Source: Perkinsus olseni (Eukaryota). Taken from it: a stretch of 35,379 nucleotides of DNA. The DNA is taken from assembly GCA_013115125.1 (NCBI GenBank), contig JABANN010000010.1:124001-159379 (forward strand), written 5' to 3'. Position numbers and translations under genes: made by a program. This document shows positions 32,485 to 35,379 of the stretch, piece by piece (position 1 is the first letter of the stretch; every line of letters begins with the position of its first letter). The notes below the pieces were generated by a model. The model was not told the origin of the DNA. It made no database searches and was given only the letters and a program-made list of their open reading frames with translations.

Positions 32485-35274
32485 TTATATTGTCCATCCA
32501 CCTACCCTTTGGAGCCACCTTATCTGTCTGGAGTCTGCCTCCGCCCTAGAACTGCCCCTAAAGCCGTGACCCTCGCCAGAGAAGATCACGAACTGAAGAT
32601 CTCTGGGCGCGCTGGGCGAGCTCCTTCGTTGGTTATCAAGTACGTTGAAGAGTACTTTACTGTTTGATATGGGGCAGACGTTATCCTTAGAACCTAGGAG
32701 AGTGGGGAGCAATAAGATTTCGAGTAACCAGTAGACTCAACGAATTGCACGCGCGTTACAACGCGGCGTTACCATGCATGAGGAGCAGAGGGACCCTTAG
32801 CAACTGCAGGCTCTGTAGTCCAAGCACATCAGACCGTTCAAGTTCCGGCGGCACTGGCCATGTTGTACTCTGCGACTTTCCTGCCCAGAACTCGTCTTCA
32901 TAAGTGAAATCACCTGAAGCACCGGGACGTAATCTCGGAGATAAATTGAAGCACACTCAATCACGAAACGTTAATGGCCCGACCTGTCTCTGCTCCATTC
33001 CATCTCGTCGAGACCCAGGGATACCTCGCTACGACACAAGTGAACATATCAGGATGCAAAATGGCGCATCTCAAGGCTAGGTATCTGAAATAATTCAAGG
33101 ATTTGCCCCAGCGGATGACATACGGGACCTAATAGTGCAGACGAAACACTCCGAAATGAAGAGGAGAGAGAAAGCAGAGAGCGTCAGCGGAGCACCATAA
33201 GCGTGTCGCGAGACTGGATCTCAGTAAAAACTAACATGGACACTCACCCGCCATAGCTCCCACCAATGAGACTCACGCGACCTCCAGGTGTATCTCTGAG
33301 CTCTCTCTGCAGGTATTGGACGCCAGCAACGACTTCATCTACGTCGCGGCTACCTGCGCAGAAAGAATCTGGAAATAGTCCGTTCTGCGGAACGTCTACC
33401 CTGTGTTCCGACGGTCGCCTTGCTCCACGAATCGCCAAAACCAAGAGTACCACTGAATGCTGGAACGAGAACTCGATAGCCTTCCTCCAAAAGATCCCGA
33501 TACCTACAGTAAGTAAACCAAGGTTGCACCGGCGAGACAAGTCGAGAATAATCGGGCACTGGTCCCCGATCCTTCGCTCGTAATACCACTCTAGGAAGCC
33601 TTACCTCGCATATATTCCGACCTTATTGATTGGAGAGATCCTCGAGCAGGGTCCACCATGGAGACTCACCACCAAAGGGCCAGGGCGTGTTTCGACGTCT
33701 CCTGGCACTCTTCGGTAGTAGAGCATACCACGGCATCGATGACCAGGGCCGACATCCCACTGTAACTCGGAGGTGGCCAGTGAGTCAGCGCTGACGTCGT
33801 ACGGCTGGGGAATCTTTCCAGCCAGTTTTCCATTCTTTGCGTCCACGGCAACGAGGGAAAGGGAACTGGGAGGTCGGTAGGATGCCGAGGAGAAGAGGAC
33901 TAATCAGAGCTCACTCTTTCATTGTGTCACTTCCGTAGATGTAGGCTCCTCCATCGAGCTGGTATGCCATAGTCCTGGTCGTGCATGGTAGAGCAAGCAA
34001 CAGCAAAGCCTCTTGATCGGTGAGCTCGGCGCTGATGGCTCGAACATATCTACCATGAGCAGTCTTCCGTATGAGTGATGGCGGCTAAGGGAAGACCCAC
34101 GTTTTGTTGTGGAAGCCAGCTTGGACAGTCCACCACAGAGTACTGGGAAGACCCTCAACCCAACCAAACCCAACGATGAGCTCACCAGCATGAGACACAG
34201 GAACGGCCTAAGGATAGACCAAAGAGCTGATAGAATTTTCCCGCCATTTCGAGGATTTTGCACGTAAGACGTACGAAATCTTGTACAAAATCTCCCAAAT
34301 TTTGTACGTAATTTTGTTCGAAAGTTGACGCCATAGAGAAATGGGATGATAAGAGTGTTGTTCAGAGTGTTTTGCTCGAGAACAAGTATAATTGAAACCT
34401 ACTTCGATTCATGGTCCATGACGGGCATGAATCACACTAGTCGCAGCGTTCTTTCTTTCAGCTAATCCTCTAAAGTTTGCTCAATTATGGTGATATTCCG
34501 GCCGAGACCGGTGCAAGTGCTCGCACAGCGTCGAATAGAGCGATCAGTGGGGGCACCTACCCGGGTTTTGTTCATATCATCAGTCGATATACCAACATAA
34601 AGGTTGAGATGAGTGGAGGCCGCAGGTGCAGATCTGGAAGACTCCACGAAATTTGCCGTGTAGGCGACGTAGTTCCCGCAGGGGGACGGCTCATAGCGAT
34701 CTACGGAGAGTTAAAGGGCATACATAGGGCGGAGAGTCAGCCCGTAAACGTGTAAATTTCAGCCACATCTAAGGACAAAACCGACGACGCTGCGTTCTCA
34801 AGACATAACAGCTCCCTTCGATATGCCGTTCTAGATGCCGTCCAGTAAGTCACAGTGCGCCGACATACCGAGACTGCCTGAACCCTTCGTGAGAGCTCGC
34901 GCCTTGACCTCAGGCGGCGGTCGTTCCAAGTCCGCCATTGCCAGGTCGCCAATGGAGGCCTCCGTGGGAAGCTGCCGAGGAAAATAGACTCGCATTACCC
35001 ACCAGAACAATTCTTACGTCGGTCTTATCAATCCTCCACACAGCCCAGCTCCCATTCCGAGCAACCCGGACGCCGTTGGCGAGTCTCGGCAGCTGTGGGT
35101 CGTTAACTAGGACTTCTATCCAACCAGTCCGAGGGCTGTAACTGGAGAAACAAGGGTCCCTATATAAGTCGAGGGTCTAGGAGCCAATATACAGTCCGAT
35201 CTCCTTGTACGGTTTGTACATACAGTCTGTCAGAAAGGAGTTGCTTTGGTGGAGAATCTCCAGGGAACTTGAGG

Positions 35275-35275
<1 letters not shown>
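32485..35275 (-). CDS. S9-family (prolyl oligopeptidase / acylaminoacyl peptidase-like) serine hydrolase, multi-exon, probably 5'-partial
   Basis: PLVVSLHGGP; LLEEGYRVLVPAFSGTLGFG; nucleophile motif LIGGSYG | GYL; LLLMHG | SKDNVCP (Asp); GEGHGF (His); propeller-like SPCGNYVAYT upstream. Coding-like sequence continues up to the poly-G. Confidence 0.88.
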
Positions 35276-35305
<30 letters not shown>

Positions 35306-35317
35306 CGGGGGGGGGGT

Positions 35318-35379
<62 letters not shown>
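35276..35379. other. Terminal poly-G tract, probable sequencing or assembly artefact
   Basis: About 100 nt of almost pure G at the end of the window, abruptly interrupting coding-like sequence. Confidence 0.85.

Noticed and set aside
35276..35379. Poly-G as a telomere or G-quadruplex element
   Set aside because: It has no repeat unit, sits at the sequence end and cuts coding-like sequence. This is typical of the no-signal G artefact of two-colour sequencing.
1..35379. Spliced-leader relics (CCGTAGCCATYTTGGCTCAAG), CRISPR arrays, transposase or reverse-transcriptase genes, prokaryotic operons
   Set aside because: None seen by eye on either strand. Fragmented ORFs are explained by spliceosomal introns rather than frameshifts or an alternative genetic code.

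Overview
This is eukaryotic nuclear DNA: gene-dense, with GC content near 50% by eye and many 35-75 nt GT-AG introns. Most of the six-frame ORF track is therefore exon fragments or shadow ORFs. The apicomplexan-like TyrRS and the intron style suggest an alveolate, most likely Perkinsus (inference). Genes recognised by manual exon joining: VWA8 (minus, ~4.9-15.6 kb), V-ATPase subunit D, tyrosyl-tRNA synthetase, glutamate-cysteine ligase catalytic subunit, an intronless PX/F-box/LRR protein, a 5'-truncated S9 peptidase, and several hypothetical spliced genes. Two near-identical tRNA-Arg(ACG) copies, one intact and one with a broken T-loop, lie antisense in two enlarged VWA8 introns. I found no clear new multi-gene system. 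The best leads are the intronic tRNAs, a PTS2-like signal on VWA8, a presequence-like and SPRK-rich extension on TyrRS, altered substrate-pocket motifs in the GCL, and the PX-F-box-LRR architecture. The terminal poly-G is almost certainly an artefact. All homolog comparisons are from memory; no searches were run.
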